A stretch of 64,000 nt of DNA, taken from the NCBI RefSeq assembly GCF_036588685.1, contig NC_086381.1, positions 3,906,001 to 3,970,000 of the forward strand, given 5' to 3'. The stretch comes from Mytilus trossulus (taxonomy: Eukaryota). Every line of letters starts with the position of its first letter. The stretch's first letter is position 1. The notes under the pieces were generated by a model, which made no database searches, was not told the origin of the DNA, and worked only from the letters and a program-made list of their open reading frames with translations. Positions 13,201-28,200 of this stretch are shown here, piece by piece. Position numbers and translations under genes: made by a program.

Positions 13201-16200
13201 TGGTGTACTGTCTACAAACATCCCCTTGGAGGTAGAAGTAATACAAACCTCTAGATGGTGGTGTACTGTCTACAAACAACCCCTTGGAGGTAGACGTAAT
13301 ACAAACCTCTAGATGGTGGTGTACTGTCTACAAACATCCCCTTGGAGGTAGAAGTAATACAAACCTCTAGATGGTGGGGTACTGTCTACAAACATCCCCT
13401 TGGAGGTAGAAGTAATACAAACCTCTAGATGGTGGTGTACTGTCTACAAACATCCCCTTGGAGGTAGAAGTAATACAAACCTCTAGATGGTGGTGTACTG
13501 TCTACAAACATCCCCTTGGAGGTAGAAGTAATACAAACCTCTAGATGGTGGTGTACTGTCTACAAACATCCCCTTGGAGGTAGAAGTAATACAAACCTCT
13601 AGATGGTGGTGTACTGTCTACAAACATCCCCTTGGAGGTAGAAGTAATACAAACCTCTAGATGGTGGTGTACTGTCTACAAACATCCCCTTGGAGGTAGA
13701 AGTAATACAAACCTCTAGATGGTGGTGTACTGTCTACAAACAACCCCTTGGAGGTAGACGTAATACAAACCTCTAGATGGTGGTGTACTGTCTACAAACA
13801 TCCCCTTGGAGGTAGAAGTAATACAAACCTCTAGATGGTGGGGTACTGTCTACAAACATCCCCTTGGAGGTAGAAGTAATACAAACCTCTAGATGGTGGT
13901 GTACTGTCTACAAACATCCCCTTGGAGGTAGAAGTAATACAAACCTCTAGATGGTGGTGTACTGTCTACAAAAATCCCCTTGGAGGTAGAAGTAATACAA
14001 ACCTCTAGATGGTGGTGTACTGTCTACAAACATCCCCTTGGAGGTAGAAGTAATACAAACCTCTAGATGGTGGTGTACTGTCTACAAACATCCCCTTGGA
14101 GGTAGAAGTAATACAAACCTCTAGATGGTGGTGTACTGTCTACAAACATCCCCTTGGAGGTAGAAGTAATACAAACCTCTAGATGGTGGTGTACTGTCTA
14201 CAAACATCCCCTTGGAGGTAGAAGTAATACAAACCTCTAGATGGTGGTGTACTGTCTACAAACATCCCCTTGGAGGTAGAAGTAATACAAACCTCTAGAT
14301 GGTGGTGTACTGTCTACAAACATCCCCTTGGAGGTAGAAGTAATACAAACCTCTAGATGGTGGTGTACTGTCTACAAACATCCCCTTGGAGGTAGAAGTA
14401 ATACAAACCTCTAGATGGTGGTGTACTGTCTACAAACATCCCCTTGGAGGTAGAAGTAATACAAACCTCTAGATGGTGGTGTACTGTCTACCAACATCCC
14501 CTTGGAGGTAGAAGTAATACAAACCTCTAGATGGTGGTGTACTGTCTACCAACATCCCCTTGGAGGTAGAAGTAATACAAACCTCTAGATGGTGGTGTAC
14601 TGTCTACCAACATCCCCTTGGAGGTAGAAGTAATACAAACCTCTAGATGGTGGTTTACTGTCTACAAACATCCCCTTGGAGGTAGAAGTAATACAAACCT
14701 CTAGATGGTGGTGTACTGTCTACAAACATCCCCTTGGAGGTAGAAGTAATACAAACCTCTAGATGGTGGGGTACTGTCTACAAACATCCCCTTGGAGGTA
14801 GAAGTAATACAAACCTCTATATGGTGGTGTACTGTCTACAAACATCCCCTTGGAGGTAGAAGTAATACAAACCTCTAGATGGTGGAGTACTGTCTACAAA
14901 CATCCCCTTGGAGGTAGAAGTAATACAAACCTCTAGATGGTGGTGTACTGTCTACAAACATCCCCTTGGAGGTAGAAGTAATACAAACCTCTAGATGGTG
15001 GAGTACTGTCTACAAACATCCCCTTGGAGGTAGAAGTAATACAAACCTCTAGATGGTGGTGTACTGTCTACAAACATCCCCTTGGAGGTAGAAGTAATAC
15101 AAACCGCTAGATGGTGGTGTACTGTCTACAAACATCCCCTTGGAGGTAGAAGTAATACAAACCTCTAGATGGTGGGGTACTGTCTACCAACATCCCCTTG
15201 GAGGTAGAAGTAATACATATCTCAGCACTGTTACAGGAAATTAAGGTCACATAATAGGTCACTCCATCATGTAAATCTAGTCCAGTAAATACATAGGACC
15301 TGGCTATACCATTCACCTGGAAATTATGAAACAATATTAGGTACATCAGTAATTACATATATCATCTAGCAATATCATTCAATATAGCTGCCCATAAGGG
15401 AGCTATTAAACCAAGAGTTCCAAATAGTGAAGTTGAAATCATCCCTTCGTAAATTTTACGGACGCCATCACGAATTGGTTGACCGTTACTGAATAACCAT
15501 TTTACAGTTGATATCGAATATGTTTCTTACATCGTAACTACAATCCCCTTCCCTTTTTAGCTCACCTAGCCCGAAGGTCCAAGTGAGCTTTTCTCATCAC
15601 TTTGCGTCCGTCGTCCGTCGTCGTCCGTCGTCGTCCATCGTCCGTCGTCGTCCGTCGTCGTCCATCGTCCGTCGTCGTTAACTTTTACAAAAATCTTCTC
15701 CTCTGAAACTACTGGGCCAAATTAAACCAAACTTGGCCACAATCATCATTGGGGTATCTAGTTTAAAAAATGTGTGGCGTGACCCGGCCAACCAACCAAG
15801 ATGGCTGCCATGGCTAAAAATAGAACATAGGGGTAAAATGTAGATTTTGGCTTAGAACTCTGAAACCAAAGCATTTAGAGCAAATCTGACATGGCGGTAA
15901 AATTGTTAATCAAGTGAAAATCTATCTGCCCTGAAATTTTCAAATGAATCGGACAACCGGTTGTTGGGTTGCTGCCCCTGAATTGGTAATTTTTAAGGAA
16001 ATTTTGCTGTTTTTGGTTATTACCTTGAATATTATTATAGATAGAGATAAACTGTAAACAGCAATAATGTTCAGCAAAGTAAGATCTACAAATAACTCAA
16101 CATGACAAAAATGGTCAGTTGACCCCTGAAGGAGTTATTGCCCTTTATAGTCATTTTTTACCAATTTTTCGTAAATTTTTGTTATCTTTTACAAAAATCT

Positions 16201-19200
16201 TCTCCTCTGAAACTACTGGGCCAAACTTTACTAAACTTAGCCACAATCATTATAAGGGTATCTAGTTTAAAAAATATGTCCGGTGACCCGGCCATCATGG
16301 CTATAAATAGAACATCGGGGTAAAATGTAGATTTTGTCTTATAACTTTGAAACCAAAGCATTTAGAGCAAATCTGACAAGGTGTTAAATTATTTATCAAG
16401 TCAATGTCTATCTGCCCTGAAATTTTCAGATGAATTTGATAATAGTTGTTGTGTTGCTGCCCCCAAATTGGTAATTTTTATGGTAATTTTGCCGTTTTTT
16501 GTTATCACCTTGAATACACTATAGATAGAGATAAACTGTAAACAGCAATAATGTTCAGCAAAGTAAGATCTACAAATAAGTCAACATGACAAAAATGGTC
16601 AGTTGACCCCTGAAGGCGTTATTGCCCTTTATAGTCATATTTTACCAATTTTTCGTAAATTTTTGTTATCTTTTACAAAAATCTTCTCCTCTGAAACTAC
16701 TGGGCCAAACTTAACCAAACTTAGCCACAATCATTGTTAGGGTATCTAGTTTAAAAAATGTGTCCGGTGACCCGGCTACCATTGCTATAAATAGAACATC
16801 GGGGTAAAATGTAGATTTTGGCTTATAACTTGGAAACCAAAGCATTTAGAGCAAATCTGACAAGGTGTTAAATTGTTTTTCAAGCGAAAATATATCTGCC
16901 CTGAAATTTTCAGATGAATTTAATAATTGTTGTTGTGTTGCTGCCCCCCAATTGGTAATTTTTAAGAAAATTTTGCCGTTTTTGGTTATTATTTAATACT
17001 ATTATAGATATAGATAAACTGTAAACTGCAATAATGTTCAGCAAAGTAAGATCTACAAATAAGTGAACATGACCAAAATGGTCAGTTGACCTCTTAAGGA
17101 GTTATTGCCCTTTATAGTCAATTATTAACAATTTTCATTAGTTTTTACAAAATATTTTCCTCTGGAACTAAAGAGCCAAGTTCATTATAGATAAACAAAA
17201 TTGTAAGTAGCAAGTATGTTCAGTAAAGCAAGATCTCGAAATACGTCATCATCACCAAAACACAATTTTTTCATGAATCCATCTGACGATCTGTTTTCTT
17301 TGTTTGATATGCATATATACCAAGTTGAGCGACACAGGCTCTTAAGAGCCTCTAGTTATGAGTGTGACCTATCGAGTAGGAATATTTACCGGGTTTCTAA
17401 TAACATGTGGAGCAGGATCGGCTTCCCCTACCGGATCACTTGAGATCATCCCACAATTTGTTGGGGTTCGTGTTGCTCAGTCTTTAGTTTTCTATGTTGT
17501 TCCTTGTGAACTTTTGTATGTCTGTTTGTCTTTTCCATTTTTAACCATAGCGTTGTTAGTTTATTTTCGATGAATGAGTTTGACTATTCCTCTGGTGTGT
17601 TTCGCCCCTTTTTTCTGACGGCCATAGCAAAATCAAACCACCCATAACATGTTCAGACATTCATAGACTAGATTCAGCTTTTTGAGATATTATTAGAGAA
17701 CAATAAACAGTTCGACAGTACATCCATACGACATACCTCTACTGTTCATGTTTAAGTGATTAAACGATTAATTCTACACATGTATTATGTTATCTGTATT
17801 TGGAGGCCCATAATCAAAGTACTGTGTACAGGCAACTGTGCTTGGTTAACCTAACAGATCACTAAATATTGGTATTAACCAAGTGGTGCATTTGACTATA
17901 ATGGTTCTTAACAAATCACGAATTTCCATCACTATTGTCCATTCGTGATGGTGGGAGCTCAATATATATTTTGTGTGTTGTGTTTTATGTGTTTTATATG
18001 CATGTACTGTACTGATTGTGTGTCATGAATGGATTCGCAATATCCTTTGAAAGTCTAGATATATTATACGACTGACGCAAAAAACAAATTATAAAATTAG
18101 TCGCTTCACAAATTGCCTTGGGATTTTAAAACATATTTCTTGGTAACATCTGGACGGAAATTATATATGATATACAATTAGATTACTGTTTACCCCTATA
18201 CTTCTTTTTCTGTGAGGAAAACACTCTTCATCTCCCCTTATAAAAAACAGAGACAATGTATTCTTAATGTAATATGCACTATCTCCTTTATAGAGAAATT
18301 TAAGAGCAAACTTACTGACTGTGAAGACAACATGAATTCTCCTCCAATATGAGAATTGATAGACAGATACTGTCTTTTTATATATGACTCATCATCATCA
18401 ACAGCCCATTCAACTTTCATAGATGTTCTATAAATCTGTGTCAACCCCTTAATTCCAAAGTCAACAGAGAATGTTGGTTGTTTTGTCATAACTGGTGGCG
18501 TGTTGTCCACAATAAAACCATTCGATGATGATTCAGACCACAAACCTAAAAAGATAGCATTACAGTTAATTATACCACTGGTGTATCTTTGAAAACAACA
18601 AAATATTATGTTTTCTAATTTTCATAATTACTTTTCTGAGTAAAGCGGAATATTATATTGTACCTTAATGACTTGTAAAATTTCAAATCAATTTAAGCTC
18701 GTAATCAATTTTTACAACTGACTACAAAAACAAGTATTCGCATATGAAATATAAATCTTCTTGATTCCACAAAATCTGGTAAGGTTTAAGTTCTTATCGA
18801 TTAACCCATAACATGTGTTCACTTAAAGATAAAACTTCGTGTAGGAATCACGATTTCTTGCTTGCCGTAACAACATAGTTCAATTGTTTCAGTCTCCGAC
18901 TAAAGTCATCAAAAACTTGCAACTAACAATAATTATTTACAAATTGAGAATTTTGAAATTTCACAGTTACAATTTACAAATTGACAATTAATGAATTAAA
19001 AGTTTTGACCCCGTTGTCCTGCCATACAATGTAGTTCTGAAATATTAATTTCACAATTGATAGCTGCTATGTTTCTTATGTCGTAACTACACCCCGTTTC
19101 ATTTTACAAGAATGTAACCTACATGTACTAAATTAAACTTATTACCAGATTTGTACTTACATGGACAACACGACGGCTGCAACATGTGGAGCAGGATCTG

Positions 19201-22200
19201 CTTACCCTTCCAAGAGAACCTGATATCACGCCCAGTTTTTGATGGGGTTCGTGTTTAGTCTTTAGTTTTTTGTGTTGTGTTTGTGTACTATTGTTTGTCT
19301 GTTTGTCTTTTCTTTTTATAATAATGAAAAAGACAAACAGACAAACAATAATCATGGCGTTGTCAGTTTATATTTAATTAATTAGTTTGAATTTCCCTCT
19401 GATAACTTTCGCCCCTCTGCTATAATACAAGAATAATCAATATTTTCAACGTAAGGAAATGCCTGTATAAATTCAGGAATATTGCTGTTGTATTCCATTC
19501 GTTTGGTTAATTTGAGGTTTTGCCATTTGATACAGGAGTTTTTCTTTTAAATTTTCCTTGGAGTTTTTTTTATCTTACTTTTTACTACATTGCATCACAT
19601 GTTTTGCTATGTGGCAATAAAAATGATGTCTGAGTACATACCAGCTTTATTATACGCCCTTATTGTTACATATACTCTCTTGTTCAAAGGAAGGTCAAGG
19701 TTGAAATTAGTAGAATTCAGTAATGCTGCAGTCTCTGTCAGATGGAGTTCTATAGAGGGCACTATGTCATCATAACCTGGCTTTGTTCCTGCCCTCCAAG
19801 CATACTTCTGGAGGCCAGATTGAGGGTCATCAAACCCATACCACTTGGCTGATATGTAGATACTGTGAAGTAGAAATAAAAACTGTCAGATGGGGCTCTA
19901 TAAGGGTACTATGTCATCATAACGTGTAGAGACCAGACTGAGGGTCATCAAACCCATACCACTTGGCTGATAGGTAGATCCTGTGTAGTAAAATTACGAC
20001 TGTATGATTGCTATCTAAAAGAATACTGTTGCCTTCCATAGATATACATATCTGAGGTTCCTCAAGCTCACAGGCTACTTGGCTGATAAGGAATATTATA
20101 ATTAAAGTATATGTTTGTAGCTGTAATATCTCATCAAATGGAAACCACTTTACTGGTTGGCTTATTAAGAAATATGATTTCATATCTATACGGGTCTATC
20201 TCTCTTTACATATGATCATTTATCAGAGAAACGTAAGGTTGTCATTTGGTCCGCAGTATTTGAAATAACATATTAATATTAAGTAAATGACTTATGCATT
20301 GATAGACGAACTATAATATAAGAAAAACTGCAATTTTAAGAATAGACATACGTCATTGATTGATATTCTGTGTCATAAAATCCTGTTCCATCTTGTACTG
20401 TACCAGATGTCGGTGGACTGTTGTCTATAATCACACCATCTGATGTCACAGTGGTACACATGTCTGCTGTGTTACATGCCGTTACTGTGGTATAATATCT
20501 CAGTCCTGTACCAAGATGGATGTTCCTTAATGTAAATTCTGAAATATTACAAAGTATACATTTGTAAGTGTATGTGGTGAGGGTGTGTCATCTTACACAT
20601 GTGGTCCGTTTGTTGTAATATCCCAGTCCTGTTAATACAAGGTGAATGTTCTCATATGCAAATTCTCAGGTTGAAAACCTAAATTAGAAAGATACATGTT
20701 TTTATGTTACTCATGCTCACTTTGAATTGACATATGTTTGATACACATTTGCCATGAAACACATGGTCAGTTGGTGTTATATCTCAGTCCCGTGTCAAGA
20801 TGATTAGATACAAGAAGATGGGGTATGATTGCCAATGAGACAGCTCTCCATCCAAGTCTCAATTTATGAAAGTAAACCATTATAAGTCAAAGTACGGTTT
20901 TCAACACGGAGCCTTGGCTCACATCGAACAGCAAGATATAAAGGGGCCCCAAAAAGTTACAATTGTAAAACCATTTAAACGGAAAAACCAACGGTCGTAT
21001 CTTTATTAAAAAAAGAAACGAGAACACTAATAAACTACAGCCACAGACGACAACTACTGAACATTAAATCCCTGATGTAGGAAAGGTGAAAACAAATGCA
21101 GCGGGTTTACACATTTTAATGGTACCAAACTTTCATCCTCATCTGAAACAATAATGTCACATAACAACATAGAAAACACACTATAAAATATCAATTAAAA
21201 CGACCTAACTCAATCAAACGACAAAGTAATACACGTGAACAAACACTGAACGAATAAATTTGATCTATGGTACAATGTTAATACAAAATAAATAAAATAA
21301 GGTATGAATAATTAGAGAAACAGTATTTTACCGCTGTTAAATGTTCATTAATGTATGTTCTAAAATAAAACTTTCTATTGAAGCTATTTATAATAACTGA
21401 TTGTTAAAGCTAGCAATTTAAGAGTTATTCCAAATTCACACATACACAGAACTCGAAAATTATTTGTTATTTCTTATAAAACGTTTGAATGCCAGAACAG
21501 TTACACAATATAAGTCCTAATTTTCTAGGCGTAAAATTAGGTTTGACTGTCGTCGTAACATACTCCTGTTATATCTTGACATTGGGGACAGGATTGCCTG
21601 GAATATGGTACCACGATTTTGGTTAATGTTGGGGGATACACTCTGATATTATTAGTTCCATTAGTTGCAAGGCGTGTTAGTGACCTAATAATGACAACAA
21701 TAACAACGTATTACGTTTTAATGTTTTTTATGAATTTATTTTAGTCGTTCATTTTTTATTTCTTCACCTTCACCTTTCGTGTTGTTTTTATAAATGCATG
21801 ATAACACCATTACTTACCGTGTTTTGAAATAAGCCACGACTATATCATATGTAACTACTAGACTGGTCTATAGAAGCATACATAAATTCCATGATAAAGT
21901 AAGATTCAATGAAAACTATACATACCATATGTAATCCCCACAGCCTGTTCCTGTAATATATCTTCACATTGAGGACAGGTCCCAACAGAAACATAATAAT
22001 CTTTAATAGTGGAGTGAGATTCATGGAAACCTTCCAAACAGGCATTTAGCACTTTAGTCTCTGTCTGGTAGTCAATGTCCTTGACAATTCCTGTCAGCTG
22101 ACTTTTATCTCCATCATACACATGGCCAGGTGTAGGTGGCGTTGTATCCACTTGGAAAGCCCAGGATGTAGCCAATGATGATAATCCTGCCTTGTTGAAT

Positions 22201-25200
22201 GCCTAAATGAATTACCGATAGAGATGGAATTTAATTCATTTAGCTATATATTTGTTTGTGAGATGATTAATTGAGGAAGGAAAAAAGATTTTGAAAATTT
22301 AATAATGTGTTCTGTAGGCTCTTTCTTCTTTTAGATTTCAAAATTCTGTACTCGATTTTAAAAGTCTGCAATTACAAAACGTTTATTATTTTAAAGAGAT
22401 AGGTGAACCTTGAACTCCTTTTAAAACATTTGCATATGTATTGATCAATAAGGATACAATACTAATAGGAATTACATAGTTAAGAGAATGTTTGTGTAGG
22501 TCTATTCGAACCACTCTGGCATTGATGTAAAAAATATCATTGGTATCCCAGAGTGCTCTATTCGTATCTCTCTCAGTAATTACTAACCCTGACATTTATA
22601 TAATAAAAATGACCGTCTTTGAGATCCAAAGGATTATTTTCGTCTATAATTCCACATTCTTGACCAAAAACCTTCAAATAAGACATCATGTCTGTATATC
22701 CTGGCTCTGATCCAACTGACCAGAGGAAATAATCTATACCAGACTCTAGGTCAAGGAATACTCCTTTCCAACTGGAAAATATAAACTAACATGTTATCCA
22801 GGCTCTTATCAGACTTACCACACAGAAATGCATTATTTCATACGCTTCAACGAATATTTTGTGGACTATACAAACATGGATGTGAATAACCAGTTAAAAA
22901 AATCGTGGCTTCTAGTATGTATTTAAAGAGCTAAACAGCTTTGACTGTGAATTTGAACAGTTAAACATATTTTGATATGTATTTGACATATTTGGCTGCG
23001 TATTTGAACAACTAAACATATTTGGCTGTTTATTTGAACAACTAAATATATTTGGCTGTGTATTGGAACTGATAAAAAATTTGATTATACTTGTCTGAGG
23101 GTTCACACAGGAAAACAGCAATAGATATGTATATAAACCGCCCAATAGGACCCGGATTTGCATTACAACAGCAAAACAGATATTGCTGTGTGTTTGAAGA
23201 GCTAACAACTTGATACTTGACATCTTAACAGAATCTTTCGTTTTTTTTTAAAAGCCTATCCACTTCAATTTGACATTTGGTTGTTAGTTGTCTCAATGAT
23301 AATCATACCAGGTCACCAAAAATGTATATGGGTTTTGTTCATGGTCTATTTTTGCTATTGTCTACGTCATGTAGTCTAGTATGGAGAGTTGTATTATTGC
23401 CAATCGTACATTGTTCCGATTGGTATGTATAGTATTAGTTAGTAATTACTCACCACGGACTTATTTCTGTTGTAGAAGTGATATGGCGATTTGGTAATGT
23501 GATTGGTTTATCGGATTTCTCTGGTGGTGTGTTGTCGATTGTTATAGGGTCTGATAATTTTTGTGTTTCTCTGTTAGCAAAATCAACAGCTAAAAATAAA
23601 CCATTGTAAACAGTAGCGTCATATCAAACTCTGATAAGGATATGTTGCGCAATTCTCAAAATGTTAGCAATTTATAAATTGCTATCTTCAAAACTTCTGC
23701 ACAAAAAAAAAATACAAAAAATGTCAAGCTTGAACTTGACTTACCGTTTAACATACGTAAAAACATATTCAAATCTGAAAAAAACCCTGGTTAAATGGTT
23801 TTCTTACCTTAGCCGTATTTGGCACAACTTTTTGGAATTTTGGATCCTCAATGCTCTTCAACTTTGTACTTGTTTGGCTTTATAAATATTTTATATGAGC
23901 GTCACTGATGAGTCTTATGTTGACGAAACGCGGGTCTGGAGTACTAAATTATAATCCTGGTACATTTGATAACTATTTCAACAATTATCACGGAAAAATG
24001 GTTTTTCCAATCAGTCTAGGATCAAAACTTCTCAACGTAAGACTTTACACTCCGATATATCTCATGGGCTTTTACTGATCATTATTAAATTAATGTTGAA
24101 ATTCTTTATGATTTTTAATACAGATATCAAATAAATTTAACAATATCGAAATCCATGTAAATACGTTCTAGATTATTCAATCAATTTCTTTGTAGTTTGG
24201 TCTCTTGTGGAGAGTTGTCTTATTGTCAAGCATACCACATCACGTGTGCCATATGTAGAACAGGATGCGCGTTCTTTCTTCGAGCACTTGTTATGAAATT
24301 TATATTATAGGTTTATATAATCAATGTCTGTGACAGATCGGTGCCGATCAAATTTAATGCAGACACATTATGTAACAATAGGAAGATGTGGTATGAGTGT
24401 CAATAATGAGTCAACTCTCCATCCAAGTAACAATTTAAAATAGTAAACTACTATAGGTCAAGGTACGGCATAAAACACGGAGCCTTGGCTCACACCGAAC
24501 AGCAAGCTATAAAGAGACCCAAAATCAAATAGTGTAAAACCATTCAAACGGGAAAACCAACGGTCTAATCTATATAAAAACATATAACAAGTGAACCATG
24601 AATATTAGGATTAGTTTCAGATAGTGACATAACTGAGAATTGGATACGCTCTTTCTTTCGATGATTCTACACAATTGAAATAAGACACGTTACTTTTAGA
24701 AACATAGACAATAACTGTTTAGTGTCTTTAGATATCAGCTGTATTTGTACGAGGCTAGGAAACAAGGTGTATGCGAGCTTTCAGCGAGCTACAACACCTG
24801 TTTCGAGCCGAGTACAAATACAGCTGATATTTAAAGACACTAAACAGTTATTGTCTTTATCCTGCAATTAATTCTGTATAATATTTGTGTTTTGAAAGAC
24901 ACGAAAACGCATTTTTTGCATTTATTTTCGATTTGAAATCCCTTGTTGCCCGTGTAGTAATACGATACAGTAATCACACATTCAGCTGAAGACGGGTTCG
25001 CAAACAAAAAGAATATCGAATGGTCAACAATAGTACATCAATCAAGGTGAATAATTATCTATTTTTACATAACAATTAATTTCAACAGTAAAAACAATTA
25101 ACAAAAGATTGTCCAATTTGAAACAGGAGCGTACGAATTGTCCTACGCTTTAAACTCGACATTCACTAAACATGCATGCTGAAATTGACATGGTTGTTTT

Positions 25201-28200
25201 TGTTACACAATTATACACATTCAAGTTTTGAAATCGATAGCTGTCATCGTAGAAAGACTGATGTTCATGTGTGTATGTTATCAGACAATTTGTGTGATTC
25301 TTATTGCTCTAAAGAGATGTTTGAAAACAAACAGAGCGTATAAAAGAAACCGTTTATTCGATATTAATACGTCATTGGAATGCGACTGCAATACACATTC
25401 TGAGGTCACGCAGGTTCAAACAATAATCAGTCCGGCAGTGAGCGGAGCTTTAAAGCGATATCTGTATAGTATACAGATACAGCATAGCGATATCTGTAGG
25501 GCTTTATCTGTATAGTAGAACACCCAGTTGCAGGATAAAGGCCTAATAAACCATTATTGCCAGGGTCAAGTGATGACAGTAGAACCAGGTAAGCTAAACA
25601 CACATTTTTAGCCAATTCTTAAATAATATTAGTACCTGCCTATATATTGAATTGGAGACATGCAAGAACTAGCAACACATTTTATTCATTTTATTAAAAT
25701 GGAAATTTGTTCGTGGTGTTTGCGTAAGGTCAATATTTCGCACTACCAATTATTGAATTTCGATGAGAACACGCGTATGCTACACCTAGCAAATTTTTTT
25801 TTAAAGATGGACTTATTCGATCGCAAAAAGCTGTATACTTGAAGAGTACGGTAACATTACTTGGTTTGGTATATGACTATTTATGATTATGACAATATTA
25901 ATTTTAAATCATCTCAAAACAGAATTGCTGACTTCTTGGCTTACGTAGACTATTATTTTACATTTTATATGTATTGTAAACATTCTTTTATTCGAGTGTC
26001 ACTGATGAGTCTTTTGAAGTCGAAACGCGCGTCTGGCGTAAATATAGAATGTCAATTCTGGTACATTTTTTGTATCTATAATGAATTTGTTGTATGTTGC
26101 AAGCATTATATTAACAGTCCAAAGTATATATCGACATATAACAATGTAATACTTTACTTCTTTCGAGATACCTTTCAATGTTGCATAATACTTGTACCCG
26201 TTCTGAAGGTTTAGTTTTGGTAAAGCTTTGTGTTGTACTACTCCAATATTCTCAAAGGCATGGACATCATTTCCTCCGGAAATTGTGCCTGAAATATTAC
26301 AATATACATTATGTACTTCTGCTGTTTTCGATTTTATGATACACGGGTGCCACATGTGATACAGGGTCTGCTTACCCTTCCGGAGCACCTGGGATCACCC
26401 CAGAGTTTGGTGGGGTTCGTGTTGCTTAGTCTTTAGTTTTCTATGTTGTGTCTTCTGTACTATTATTTGTCTATTAGTCTTTTTATTTTTAGCCATGGCG
26501 TTGTCAATTTATTTTTGATCTATGAATTTGACTATCCCTCTGGTATCTTTCGTCCCTCTTTTAATTTTCAGGAAATGCAATTTTTCACCTAAATAAAGTT
26601 GGAATATGTCCATTTACAAAGTAATGCTAATTCATATTTAGTTCTTACAGCAAATATAAGGGAGATATGAAAATTAAATAGCAAAATGTAACTGCTGAAG
26701 CATACAGAAATGTTTCTTAATTATACGCTGTGCAGTTGTTTAATAGTACTTTTAAGTTCTAAAAATATATATGAAGACATTTTGAAAATGTAAAATGACA
26801 ATGAAGTTCGTCTAAAATGAATAAAAAGGTTTCATTTAGCATTGTCAATTTTACACATGCAAAACGACAATTACACGGTTATGTCAATGAAAATGTGAAA
26901 ATTCCACAATTGACATTATGGACCAATGAAATCTACTACTTACCAATACCCAGTAAGTATTGTTTGATACCAGTAGAATGTGGTCCTACTCCATATTCCT
27001 CTACGTCGTGGAATCCGTCCCAGTTGATATATAAGTCTGTAACGGTAGTCTGTAATACATGTGTACTTACATTAATGTGAATGTATAATATGTGTGCGGT
27101 AGATGAGGATTAAAAGACCGCTTTTTCGACTGTACTAATCCTCAACAAGAAACTACTTAATAACTGTTTTGCAGTTAGTGCTAGGGTAGATAGTATCTAA
27201 ATATAAGATCATATATCAAAGAACGTCTTTCAGGATCACATACCAATTTGCATCATAAAGAATTAAATAAACATGAGGCAAACAATAAATGCATTGGAGA
27301 AGCTGTTCAATTTTAACGATGATATGCACTTACTAGAGATGCTGATAGAGGTCTCAAAATGCATATGTTAAGCTGATAAGATATAGCATTAAAAAACGAG
27401 AATGCTCACCCATATTTTGCCCGATACACTTATCTTTAATATAAAATCCTTAAAAACAGTCTAGAATTATTTCCTACCTGATAAATTTGTTCTGGATTAG
27501 AACCAATCCACAATCTGCCTTCTACAGGTGGAGTCAGGTCCACAATTATACCATCGCTACAGGAGCTTATCTCAGGAAGAACTTCTATCCACGTCTCATG
27601 TTTAACTTTTGTAGCATCAGCATGGACACACACAGTGTAACGAGTACCATGAACTAACTCGTTATTTGTAAATTTTACATTTATAAACTCCTTTTCTAAA
27701 ACGATATTTCAAGACATACTTTACTTAATATGTTTTGTTTATAATTTGCATGTTGTTTATTTAGTTACACTCCAAACAGAATTAATGAAAACATTACCAG
27801 TGACTTCCTCAAAATGACTCCCAATTTAATATTTTTATGATTCCCGAACTTATCTGAGTTGTAAAAAGAGCGAAAATAATCGTCTTTACTTAAAGAGGAT
27901 ATGATACGAAATGAAAGTGCTATCCCTGCTATAACTTATACGTGTGTATTTCATAAATAAAGGCAACAGTAGTATACCGCTGTTCGAAATTCATAAATCG
28001 ATTGAAATCCGGGTTTCAAACTAAAACTGAGGGAAACACATCAAAAAGAAGAGAACTACGACAAAACAGAAACACAACATTAAAATGTAACACACGCAGA
28101 AACGAACTAAAATATAACAATGGCCATTTTCCCGACTTGTTACAGGACATAATAATAAAAAAAAATGTTATTATATGGTATTATACATATACCTGTATGA

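Noticed and set aside
22505-22560. Possible ancient donor-side copy of exon 15 (DTNDIFYINARV vs DLKDGHFYYINVR)
   Set aside because: Similarity too short to support by eye
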